Assembly: GCA_963592135.1 (NCBI GenBank) | Contig: CAVAVP010000021.1 | Span: forward strand, 40,248-104,247 | Direction of reading: 5' to 3' | Length of the DNA stretch: 64,000 bases | Source of the DNA: a bacterium | GTDB lineage: Bacteria; Bacillota; Clostridia; Christensenellales; UBA3700 | In this document: positions 31,101 through 38,247 of the stretch, one piece after another | Numbering within the stretch: the first letter of the stretch is position 1 | Layout of the letters: the number at the start of each line of letters is the position of its first letter | Made by a program: the position numbers and the translations under genes | Notes under the pieces: model-generated | Told to the model about the DNA's origin: nothing | Databases searched by the model: none | What the model saw: only the letters and a program-made list of their open reading frames with translations

Positions 31101-34100
31101 TCAAACTCATCAGCAACAACATTTGATGTAGTTGTTCCTTCAAGTCCTAAAAGTTTAGATAAATCAAAGGATAAATCTAATATTTCTTTATCACCTAGCA
31201 AGCCATAGATTAAACTTGTATAGTCTAAATCCATAGCTAAGTTTGGTAATACAATGTTTAATAGTTTTAGATTTTCAAGTTCAATATAGACATGATTTCC
31301 TACACCATAAATACCTAGTATTGTTGTGTTAGCTGGAACCATTTCATTTGCTCCAAATGCAATTGAAGAATCATTTGTTACAAGTTCTACAACTAAAATA
31401 CTATTTTCACTATTTTCTTTATCTAAAGACAAACCAATATTTAATGAAACATCTAATTTAAAATCATTTGTAAATTCCCATAATAATTGCATTTCTTTAA
31501 TCTCGTCAAGACCAAATAAGGCGATAAGTGGAGCAAGGTTATAAGCACCTTGAGAGAATTCCACACTTAAGTTTAGAGAAACTAATGTTCCACCTAGTAT
31601 ATCTACTAATAATTTTGACACACTATCTACGTAATCTTTTTCTTCAACAATGTAATAATCTGTCTCTGGATTATATGCAACTTGTCCCTCACCTGTTCCC
31701 AAAGCTACTAGAGTGTATTCTTTAGTAGTATTATTATATACATAATATTCTCCACTCGAAGATGAAGTTAATCCTGTTGCTAAAACTCTTCTATGCGTCT
31801 TAGATAGAATATACCCCTCCAGATTTGTTTTTGCACCAAAGTAACCGCTGTATGAAGTTCCACCTAAATCCGGATTAAACTTCTTTAATCCTTCAGTTGT
31901 ATAACAAATCATAATGTCATGAATAGATATAGCAGCTTCTAATCCATCTGTTGCAATAGTAGTTGTAATATATTCGCCTTCGTCTAAGCCATAGCCTACT
32001 ACCCAATAATCCTTATATACATAAGCTCTTACATACTTCTTACCAGTTGGATCAACATCTAAAGATTTAACATTAGTGCTAATTGCGCCGCCGTAAAATG
32101 CACATTCTGAGCCATTTTCGTCTTTTCCTAAAACAACCTCTTTAGTAAAATCAGAATCGATATAGAACTTTCCTTCATTTACATAAACTTGGCTATAGTT
32201 ATCTATTACATCATCTCCAACAAGAGTAAACTCAGTTGTAAGCGCTGAATCTGAATAGTATGTAGAACCACTTACAAATACTAAGCTCTTATAAGCAGCC
32301 TTAGTTCCTATATACCAATAATCATCAGCACCAATATATGCTGAACGAGAATCAAGGCCTGCAGCAATTGTTATAGAATCAATATGACCTTCTTCTTGGA
32401 AGTTAATGCTTAAACCAGCGGTTAAGCCTTTTGGCCAACTGAATCCTAAATCACCAGCAAGTGATGTTAAAGCTTTCCAGAATATATCATTAAGTGTTAT
32501 TTCTATTGCTGTTTCTGTATCATTAGCAGAGAAAATATCTCCAAATCCAACAACTGAACCAATACCTTTTAGAAGTGTAATAAAGTCTGTGGATACATGG
32601 TAATTACCATCTTCATCATAAACTAGAGATATACAATCCATATTTGTAATTTCACTTGATGCAGAAATAGTTCCACCCTCAAGAGTTGACTCATCATTTG
32701 ATGTATATCTAGCGTTTAGTATATCTTCCCATTTTGTCCAATCTGAAATTCCTAGAGTTTCACTAAATACATTATCCAATGCATTTGTAACTAAATTTAC
32801 CACATATTGAACAAGCGATGGAACACCATCAAGGTTAACTTTAATATTGCTACAAGCAAAATAATTGCTTAAAACGCCATTGCCGTCACCATCTGTTAAA
32901 TTAACATAAAGTGCTCCATTCTTATAATAAACGGCTATCATTGGATAAGAATCTAGACAATTACCATTTACATCAATAAGATATAATTCAAGCATTATAA
33001 GGTTATTATCTACAAGTACCTCTTTCCCGTTTTCGTCAATAATCGTATCCTTACCATAATTCAAATCTAAATCTAGTGCTGCTTCTAATCTAAATCCTGT
33101 AGCACCATCTACTAAAATTACCCCTTCAGGTAGTAATGTTTTACCTAGTACACTGTTTGCAACAGAACCAACGTCTAATGCTCCTTGTGTATCTAATGTT
33201 ATATCTAAAGAAAATGCAATGTTTGTTAAGCTAAATGAAGTATAATTTATGCAATTATACGCTCTTTGTGAAATACCAATATCGGCTTTTGTATTTTGAT
33301 AAATTGTGTCAGAATTCAAATCTACATAAAGCAAATATACAGGATTCTCCGTTGTAGATTTTGTTTTATCCTTTGCAGTAAAGGCAAATCTAGTTGTTAC
33401 GCCATCAACTGTTGTACCTTCAACTTGTACAGTCATACTTGGAAGCCATCCATCAATAAATGTTAATAGTGGATCCAAGTCTAAATCGAAACTTAACGAC
33501 CCTCCTATAAGTGCAGGAAGCATTCCAACAATACTCTTTAGTGTCGTTGTTAACGCATTGATTTTAACTTCCATCGCATAGGTTGATGTTACCACACCAG
33601 TTGTAGTATCTGTAGAGGTTTTAACAACAGCATTACCAAAAATAAAGGGAACTACAAGTCCAATTATACTTGATACAGACAAATTAACACCTGCACTAGA
33701 AATTAAATCATCTAGCATTTTAAATAAATCACCTTTTAATTGGCCATCATAATTTCCATCTGAAATAAAGTTCTTAAGAGCAGAAACCAATTGAATCATA
33801 TAATCCATGTTAAAGTCTTCAAAATATACAAGAGGAGAATCTTCTCCTTTATCTAAATACATTTTCTCACCTATAACATAGAATCCCCATTGAAGCTCTC
33901 CTTCTTCTTCTTTTGTTATTTGTGTAGCCATATCAGCAGTTGTTAATGCTAAATGGCCTATTACTTCTCCATTTTGATTAACTAAATCGCCTGAGTTTTC
34001 AGTATTATCTCCAGCACCTTCTGTAGTATCTTCAGTACCATCTGGATCAATAGGACCTACTGGGGTTTCTTTGACATTAGACATATCAACGACCTTTATT

Positions 34101-34558
34101 ACAAGTTCGTTGTCCAACCCGTCTTGATCTTGGTCTAAATTGGCTCTAAATATAAATCTCTTTTTTGAAGTTTGTTGAGTATCTTTATCTGTTACGTCTA
34201 AATCCGCATAGAAATTTAAAACTTTATAGTTTCCTTCTTCCGCATTAACCTTCGAGCCACCAATCAACGTAGCCATACAAACAAGTGGTTTCATTACTGA
34301 AGTTTGAACTCCAGTTTCTTGCCCCTTATTATTTTCATCAGTTTTAGTAGGCTTTGTTGGACGTTTAGTAGGCGTAGTTGTGGTAGTTGTTGGTTTCGTA
34401 GTTGTGGTAGTTGTAGTATCATCTCCACCTGTATCGGTAGTATCTGTAGTAGTTGTACTTCCTCCACCGGTTACATTACAACCAACGAACACTGCAACTA
34501 GCGAAACTAATAACAGTATCACGATAATTGTACTTAAAATAACATTGCTTTTTTTCAT
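25172..34558 (-). CDS. Giant (about 3128 aa) lipoprotein: lipobox, Thr/Pro-rich stalk, about 2000-aa unassigned beta-rich core, C-terminal array of Big_4-like Ig repeats
   Basis: Uninterrupted 9.4-kb ORF. I prefer ATG 34558, which has GGAG 8 nt upstream; the tracked start is 34579. The signal peptide ends FVGC. A TTTTDTTDTGGDDTTTTTTTKPTTTTTTPTKRPTKPTK linker follows. C-terminal repeats carry LP..V.V.Y.(D/N)G...W(D/E) signatures. There is no C-terminal TM. Confidence 0.85.
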   Translation of the reverse strand: MKKSNVILSTIIVILLLVSLVAVFVGCNVTGGGSTTTTDTTDTGGDDTTTTTTTKPTTTTTTPTKRPTKPTKTDENNKGQETGVQTSVMKPLVCMATLIGGSKVNAEEGNYKVLNFYADLDVTDKDTQQTSKKRFIFRANLDQDQDGLDNELVIKVVDMSNVKETPVGPIDPDGTEDTTEGAGDNTENSGDLVNQNGEVIGHLALTTADMATQITKEEEGELQWGFYVIGEKMYLDKGEDSPLVYFEDFNMDYMIQLVSALKNFISDGNYDGQLKGDLFKMLDDLISSAGVNLSVSSIIGLVVPFIFGNAVVKTSTDTTTGVVTSTYAMEVKINALTTTLKSIVGMLPALIGGSLSFDLDLDPLLTFIDGWLPSMTVQVEGTTVDGVTTRFAFTAKDKTKSTTENPVYLLYVDLNSDTIYQNTKADIGISQRAYNCINYTSFSLTNIAFSLDITLDTQGALDVGSVANSVLGKTLLPEGVILVDGATGFRLEAALDLDLNYGKDTIIDENGKEVLVDNNLIMLELYLIDVNGNCLDSYPMIAVYYKNGALYVNLTDGDGNGVLSNYFACSNIKVNLDGVPSLVQYVVNLVTNALDNVFSETLGISDWTKWEDILNARYTSNDESTLEGGTISASSEITNMDCISLVYDEDGNYHVSTDFITLLKGIGSVVGFGDIFSANDTETAIEITLNDIFWKALTSLAGDLGFSWPKGLTAGLSINFQEEGHIDSITIAAGLDSRSAYIGADDYWYIGTKAAYKSLVFVSGSTYYSDSALTTEFTLVGDDVIDNYSQVYVNEGKFYIDSDFTKEVVLGKDENGSECAFYGGAISTNVKSLDVDPTGKKYVRAYVYKDYWVVGYGLDEGEYITTTIATDGLEAAISIHDIMICYTTEGLKKFNPDLGGTSYSGYFGAKTNLEGYILSKTHRRVLATGLTSSSSGEYYVYNNTTKEYTLVALGTGEGQVAYNPETDYYIVEEKDYVDSVSKLLVDILGGTLVSLNLSVEFSQGAYNLAPLIALFGLDEIKEMQLLWEFTNDFKLDVSLNIGLSLDKENSENSILVVELVTNDSSIAFGANEMVPANTTILGIYGVGNHVYIELENLKLLNIVLPNLAMDLDYTSLIYGLLGDKEILDLSFDLSKLLGLEGTTTSNVVADEFDSMVDISNALAILVNEDIVAISASIVAVQELLGVFNVNLGMDLAEVFDLTVELVASRSKGLDLTVSGALIPKWTEETGNYFDDDLKINIQTGTKKAPVQIGSATTLKSKYETKTEKLAAETTKYHDDLIDAIIQTIGDMKLTLTLDAEVLNSIWDINKIVDNIVAEQASSFNIPIEVDFDDWKTQVQIIAQLHLNLDNFKQTQIKIEVIYEGNVWLGVYIYNNSVVLDLNGLGLFDVELVNVPAIAKLGTALQSILDGVGDLSLTSIVGGLLENLIGGDTSNSDEVSSSTEVTTQPQENAGNTDVSTSDGDVSTSDGDVSGSDEDVSISDNLIAVILSSLSIKDTTIFASVAADVFESLFRELLGYSLGLDLGIDLNVDILAGKLALNAEIENSIWADVEIELEAGGDASFDIDLDQIPDWNATKGEYLIKSILKNLELGLYIDLNQYTSTTGSPEYTRIYIEKLDSKRSLSNTDGKSAAKGSILVTIADIDETEFNNTGAGSKTPLVYVELDYTKGKMNLTICNNLIKYVVDVGSKVGTVSIDLDLVSMLSGTLDGVLDSINNLVSGLIKDTNEDLGVEDTTTQPDTSTSTESTEEEDTIITSGSVSATQVVSTAGWTGVTSKASTYEVGQLFYKTNGTSSNYNDDEIQMYNGSGFTALSINTSYTSPKNFPTASVSNLNNVYRIEKTTTDESGNSTTTYKFYICKISRHEGTKDYYDYYDLNVVSGISALFSNLDITSLIDLVKIYLSVDQTTKLGIMNLDVEIDPYNFNSLIDNLMYYIFGQETILNLAELAEGTFSSNYLAKVYWNRIDGGATFDDLMDQVPSILADVLKNLAGVSLSSGLISMLVTSNLENQIGNIINRFIPFAVTNESHLGLNLVRGQLTNIYLTNQDHGQAVTDDNGNVLTFYNTESTKTYSAGRSSSYFTNVYIFNTSNAVGDSTYTGVDGAITWDQIPATVTYDPYLYTNAENAYNTMVGENFTNKEATYQKGQNIYKASVSFKITGFQAFDISTGKYSDTITSMNKDLSFANLDSYTNPGIYYITATAPFNSGANTATMTIKLKIRSSASIEKIETLSMHVYESLPEYIMVYTTDGVERRLPVSSMSIYTKSNGVADSGIITDYAYCNADSKDGGWEQTVYIKFANGVEAPFTIKYLDSTIVDTVISGASDNKITIDLYNFDSTTSINDYTPSTLYFKYSDGTYGFLDATWDYGNATELFDRFTTHDISAAQYDIKATVMSGTNNEQTVTIVFDVPSKKVSSVVFGEKNNTLDIQPYEYYLYLTDPVNNEAYNPYQTKVTVNYDEGENAYQGDVNVVWSGVDSNIDYKWNNNNDYSSIAKVSLDELAYASGDTFKWTQDVKVSVSRNEISAIYFDKELTKQTFTINPYEYNNLADKHDYYPSSAYVKFTNNKVLELPIAWDWIEVDAFNVDYMNDYTQFTITIGFDVAKYNEDGIVTGLLVNGSNPFYQTSIVNVEVDGTAITGLMLLGSDYMGGVYQIDPVKVNFLGNKALPSSVTVVYENGTIGTMDVAKWEYNFKVTMSAQNNLVATCWLTNNLSFNVNVEILDRSVDQIIVDTSSITSSPIDPYSYTLMDNGTLTYDIFESQMDISWITSYIVKLVGVEDNKVYYSQSVNTLNEASALKQELRKSSEYNYNTETKIYEVDGVQCKLVVENETTTYNLPVYWDLAVLNISPEGGEETIYYYIGYGEEYQIQLSVDVEFATKTVDYISAVDSYYQTYNAATDSFSDTSYYEVLYNGEGLTAAQKRQGKVKSRLLVYFTDGTSEYVDCEIDLTTLNDGKGSKYGYQAGIIHETKFEYTLDESVEASTRGVFYVKGEYDSIVLRGNGKNDTTKTYYAFNEAKDLTSASTGSYYFRLDGKFYPVTLTGTNYSDTLTYYTREIAVVDENTTGTFYTLDETSYQKITKYGAGAKFDVNTDYYRLTVSNQLYANVTIGIGSGTLEQTSSIMVFVTGRVED
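30122..30193 (-). repeat. In-frame 21-bp tandem repeat (about 3.5 copies) encoding DVS(T/G)SD(G/E)
   Basis: Plus-strand units are GAAACATCTCCGTCTGACGTA (30144-30164), GAAACATCTCCATCTGATGTA (30165-30185), the partial GAAACATC, and a diverged copy upstream. The protein reads DVSTSDGDVSTSDGDVSGSDEDVSISD. Confidence 0.8.
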
Positions 34559-34652
34559 AAATTTCTCCACTTTGCGCATTCATAGAAATTTTTATTTTGT
34601 ACACGTATATTATATTAGGGCTCTTAATCAAAACTTAAATAATCTTAGCTAT

Positions 34653-34806
34653 TGTAAAATCTCTCAAAAGAAACTCTCAAACGTTCCCATTTTTCTAGTT
34701 TTTTTATGTAAATTTTTTTTGATTTTTTTATTTTTCGTTATTAATTTTTTCACAAAGATTGATTTTTTGTAAAATTTTTGTAAAATTTAATAAATTTATG
34801 TATAAG
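34653..34806. promoter_or_regulatory. Control region of the giant operon with phased TGTAAAAT repeats (candidate response-regulator boxes)
   Basis: TGTAAAAT occurs at 34653, 34768 and 34779. The last two are perfect TTTTTGTAAAAT units 11 bp apart. Related TGTAAATT is at 34707 and TGTATAAG at 34799. All lie in the 284-bp gap between the kinase stop and the giant gene's preferred start (34558). Confidence 0.3.
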
Positions 34807-34842
34807 ATACTGTTAAGATAGCACTATTTTTCGGAAATATTC

Positions 34843-36138
34843 TTAAAACTCTCTTTCTTTTGGAAACTCAAGCACTACTTTTAATCCTTTAGAACTGTTA
34901 GTTTCCGCATACACTCTACCTTTTAGAGCTATCATAATTGCCTTCACAATAGAAAGGCCAAGACCTGAACCCCCTGTTTCGCTATTTCGAGAATAGTCAG
35001 TCCTATAGAATCTTTCAAAAATGTTTTGAAGTTCACTCTCTGCAACGCCATTTCCGCTGTCTGCAACAATAATTTCATATTTTAGTTTTGTACTTTTTAA
35101 AGTGACTTCGATTTTATCTTTTCTATCAGTATATTTTACAGCATTATCTAAAAGAATAATTATTGCCTGCTTTATTTTATCTTCATCAGTATAACTTCTA
35201 ACACCTTTTTGTACATGCGATATCATCTCTTTTTCATCAAGTTCACACATCATTTGAAAAGGCTCAATTGCATCTAAAACTATAGATGAAATGTCACATT
35301 CTTTCTTTTGCAAAATAAGCCTATCCGAGTCTGCCTTAGAAAGTGTCAACATATCCTTTACCATTCGACTTAATCGACCCGTTTCATGGGTAATTGCAAC
35401 CAACTTATCCGACACATCTTCAATTTGTTTTTCAGGCTCCGACATAATGTTTGAAACTCCGGACTTTATAATAGCAAGTGGCGTATTAAACTCATGTGAA
35501 ATATCTGAAATAAGTCTACTATTTCTATTAATTGCATCTTCATAGTTTGCCGATTGTTTTCCAACCCAAAAATAAGAGAATGTAAACAAAATTGCAAATG
35601 CAACAATAAATATACCGATAGACGTCCACATTACCGCCAAAAAGGCCTTATATTCCTCAGTTACATCCAAAAATACTACATACAAGAAACACCCACCAGA
35701 ATTACCGGCCATCCAATCGTCTTCATTATTTTCATTATAGGCTATCCTGTATCTTTCCTTTCCTATAGTGGTTTTATTCCCAAGTTTTACACAATCTACA
35801 TAACTGCTCGGAAAATCATCTTTGTTAACACTTTTTGGAATATCATACGAAACCAAGTTGCCTTCTTTATCAAAATAGAAAACCGCACAATCCGAATAGA
35901 TATCCGTAAGATTAGTTCTCTTTATTCCTGGAGTGTCTAAAAAGGCACAATTTTTTACAGCGGTTGCAATAACCTCAATTTGTTCTTTTGATTGATCCTC
36001 AATTGTGCTATATGATAAAAAACATGAAATCACAATGACAAATAAAATTAACAAGCCCGGAATTAGTATACTAACTCCAAGCAAATTTTTAGCTCTTTTT
36101 TCAGTCTCTGCTTTTGTATAAATATCCTTAATCTTCAT
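34843..36138 (-). CDS. Sensor histidine kinase (two TM helices, extracytoplasmic loop, HisKA + HATPase_c)
   Basis: H-box SHEFNTPL, N-box LLDNAVKYT, G-boxes DSGNG and GGSGLGLSIV. It overlaps the response-regulator stop by 11 nt. Confidence 0.9.
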   Translation of the reverse strand: MKIKDIYTKAETEKRAKNLLGVSILIPGLLILFVIVISCFLSYSTIEDQSKEQIEVIATAVKNCAFLDTPGIKRTNLTDIYSDCAVFYFDKEGNLVSYDIPKSVNKDDFPSSYVDCVKLGNKTTIGKERYRIAYNENNEDDWMAGNSGGCFLYVVFLDVTEEYKAFLAVMWTSIGIFIVAFAILFTFSYFWVGKQSANYEDAINRNSRLISDISHEFNTPLAIIKSGVSNIMSEPEKQIEDVSDKLVAITHETGRLSRMVKDMLTLSKADSDRLILQKKECDISSIVLDAIEPFQMMCELDEKEMISHVQKGVRSYTDEDKIKQAIIILLDNAVKYTDRKDKIEVTLKSTKLKYEIIVADSGNGVAESELQNIFERFYRTDYSRNSETGGSGLGLSIVKAIMIALKGRVYAETNSSKGLKVVLEFPKEREF

Positions 36139-36808
36139 CTACGTTCTTATCGTCCCACATATACCCGATATTTTTTATTGTCTTTAGGTAATGTTTTACT
36201 CCATGTTGCTCTAAAACTTTTCTAATATTGCTTACATATACCTCAGTAACTGTAACTATGGTATCCGAGTTATATCCCCACACTCTATTAAACAATTGCT
36301 CTTTAGATATAATCATATTTCTATTTCTTATTAGGTATTCGACTATATCGTACATTTTGCCTGCAAGTTTTACATACTCCCCGTTAATTTTAAGCATTTT
36401 ACCAACATAATCAAGTTCTAAGTTATCTTTTACGTATTTTGTAGAGAAGTTATTGTTATATCTTCTCATAACAGCCTCTGCCCTCGCTAAAAGTTCATCA
36501 TTTTCAAAAGGTTTTGCTATATAATCATCAGCACCAAGTTTTAATCCTTCTATCTTTTTATCTGTACTATCTATAGCCGTTAAAATAATAACAGGAGAAG
36601 TATTAGTTTTTCTTAATCTAGATAAAAACTCAAAACCATTTAATTTAGGAAGCATTAAATCTAAAATTATTAAATCATAACTTCCATGCTCAGCAAGATA
36701 TAACCCCTCTTCTCCATCAAGAGCACTATCGCTATCTCCAAGTTTGCTTAAAACATCTCTTATTGATTGATTTAATGTTGCGTTATCCTCAACTACTAGA
36801 AACTTCAT
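36128..36808 (-). CDS. OmpR/PhoB-family response regulator
   Basis: Receiver domain (FLVVEDN, ILDLMLP, KPF) plus a winged-helix trans_reg_C domain (VYVSNIRKV...IKNIGYMW). ATG 36808 is preceded by AAGGAGA. Confidence 0.9.
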   Translation of the reverse strand: MKFLVVEDNATLNQSIRDVLSKLGDSDSALDGEEGLYLAEHGSYDLIILDLMLPKLNGFEFLSRLRKTNTSPVIILTAIDSTDKKIEGLKLGADDYIAKPFENDELLARAEAVMRRYNNNFSTKYVKDNLELDYVGKMLKINGEYVKLAGKMYDIVEYLIRNRNMIISKEQLFNRVWGYNSDTIVTVTEVYVSNIRKVLEQHGVKHYLKTIKNIGYMWDDKNVDED

Positions 36809-37535
36809 TTTCGTTCTCCTTCTCATTTATTTTACTTTCACTGCTTTTATTATTTAGATTAACAAATCCTTTCTCGACTAGCAATTGCTTACTATCTATT
36901 AGATAAATATGTTCTCTATCGGAATCACATACCACATATAGTTTACCCTCAAACTCCTCTATATGGGTAGTAAAATTACACTTTTTACATTTACCTATTG
37001 AATTAATTTCGTACAATTTTTTATTTGTATAAAGCGTAGGTGGATCTCCATATTTTATTTTCTTTATAGCAAGATTTGTTTTCATCATTTTAAATAAAAC
37101 AATGACATAATTCAATTCTGATATAAATAATGCAACATACACAGTACACCTTATAAACAAAACAAAAATCGCAATTAGTTTTATATTCTTGTTAATATCG
37201 AAATCACCCAATATTTTCATAATAACAACCATAAAAAATGTAACTACGATTTCCGCTATAATTTTAAAAATACTTAATCTTTTGCTTTTATTTGCATCAG
37301 CAATCTCACTAATCGCAATATTCTCTAAACTCCAATGCTCGACATTTTCAACATCTTTTGACTGTAAAGCTGCTTTTGACATAAGATATTGTTTTTCTCT
37401 TTCCCTTTCTTGCGATCTACCACTTAATCTTTCAAAAAAGGATAGCTTTTTTTTGCCTTGAAGTTCTGTTCCACAATGTGGACAAAAAACATCGCTATCG
37501 CTAACTTCCCTTCCACAATTGTTACAAATTTTCAT
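36789..37535 (-). CDS. Zinc-ribbon membrane protein (N-terminal CxxC...CxxC, 2-3 TM helices, C-terminal second Cys cluster)
   Basis: CNNCGREVSDSDVFCPHCG at the N-terminus, hydrophobic helices in the middle, and CKKCNFTTHIEEFEGKLYVVC near the C-terminus. It overlaps both neighbouring genes. Confidence 0.6.
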   Translation of the reverse strand: MKICNNCGREVSDSDVFCPHCGTELQGKKKLSFFERLSGRSQEREREKQYLMSKAALQSKDVENVEHWSLENIAISEIADANKSKRLSIFKIIAEIVVTFFMVVIMKILGDFDINKNIKLIAIFVLFIRCTVYVALFISELNYVIVLFKMMKTNLAIKKIKYGDPPTLYTNKKLYEINSIGKCKKCNFTTHIEEFEGKLYVVCDSDREHIYLIDSKQLLVEKGFVNLNNKSSESKINEKENENEVSSS

Positions 37536-38247
37536 TTTTTACCCTCTTATTTTTGTTAATAATCATATTTGCAACACAACCCCCTAAAGCTATAGCAGCA
37601 AACAATCCTATTAACCAAATCCCCCAGCCAGTCGTTACACTAACACCTATTGCAGACGATTTTATATATACTACAATTATCGATATAAAAATAACCGCAA
37701 CAACTAGCGCAAATATTCCGCTACTTATAAGAAGCGATAGAAAATTTTTCTTCCCTTTCTTTCTACTAATTACGCCACAAACTATTATGTCTATGTAACT
37801 TAACACCATACAAATCGTAGTTATATACGCAAAGATACCTAATACATTAATAGCTTGCTTTGTACTTTCAGAAACATAAGCCCCTTCATCAATAATTTTT
37901 TCTATTTTTTCCCAAGATTCACTAGATGTAGCACTTACTCCTATTTTTTCAAGAGAAAATCTATATCCTGAATTAATTCCTCTTAATGGAGCAATTAAAA
38001 TGTCTAAAACTGATATTGTAAAGTTTGAATATTCTCCATTTTCTTGGACCTCTTCCAAATCTAGTTTTACAGAAACACTATATAACGAAGACAATATTAG
38101 TAGAAAAAATAAAACCACAAGTACAAAAACAAGAGCTATGTTAAAAATCGAGTTGAAATCTTTTATTTCACCTTTTTTTTGTGCAACATTTTTGTTATTT
38201 GCATTATTTTCTCTATTTATATTTTTCTTTTTACTTCTACTTGACAT
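37522..38247 (-). CDS. Polytopic membrane protein of unknown function, first gene of the TCS operon
   Basis: Basic N-terminus (SSRSKKKNINRENNANNKN), one TM, a loop of about 90 aa, then 3-4 TM helices. ATG 38247 is preceded by GAGGAA. Confidence 0.55.
   Translation of the reverse strand: MSSRSKKKNINRENNANNKNVAQKKGEIKDFNSIFNIALVFVLVVLFFLLILSSLYSVSVKLDLEEVQENGEYSNFTISVLDILIAPLRGINSGYRFSLEKIGVSATSSESWEKIEKIIDEGAYVSESTKQAINVLGIFAYITTICMVLSYIDIIVCGVISRKKGKKNFLSLLISSGIFALVVAVIFISIIVVYIKSSAIGVSVTTGWGIWLIGLFAAIALGGCVANMIINKNKRVKNENL

Noticed and set aside
34380-34772. 130-aa plus-strand ORF spanning the giant gene's 5' end and its promoter region
   Set aside because: Its V-rich N-terminus is simply the reverse complement of the Thr-rich linker. 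The rest runs through AT-rich intergenic DNA, and there is no RBS.
34653-34786. TGTAAA repeats acting simply as -35 boxes (TTTACA on the transcribed minus strand)
   Set aside because: I checked 17-nt spacing downstream of each copy. The hexamers found (AAAAAA, CAATCT, AGTTTT, TGGGAA) are not -10-like. The only TATAAT on the minus strand (34614-34609) pairs with a weak TTAAGT/TTGATT at non-optimal spacing. The repeats are therefore reported as possible regulator boxes, not as core promoters.
35291-35940. Two plus-strand ORFs (84 and 128 aa) opposite the histidine kinase gene
   Set aside because: They are antisense to a CDS with complete HisKA/HATPase motifs, have no RBS, and show biased low-complexity composition.
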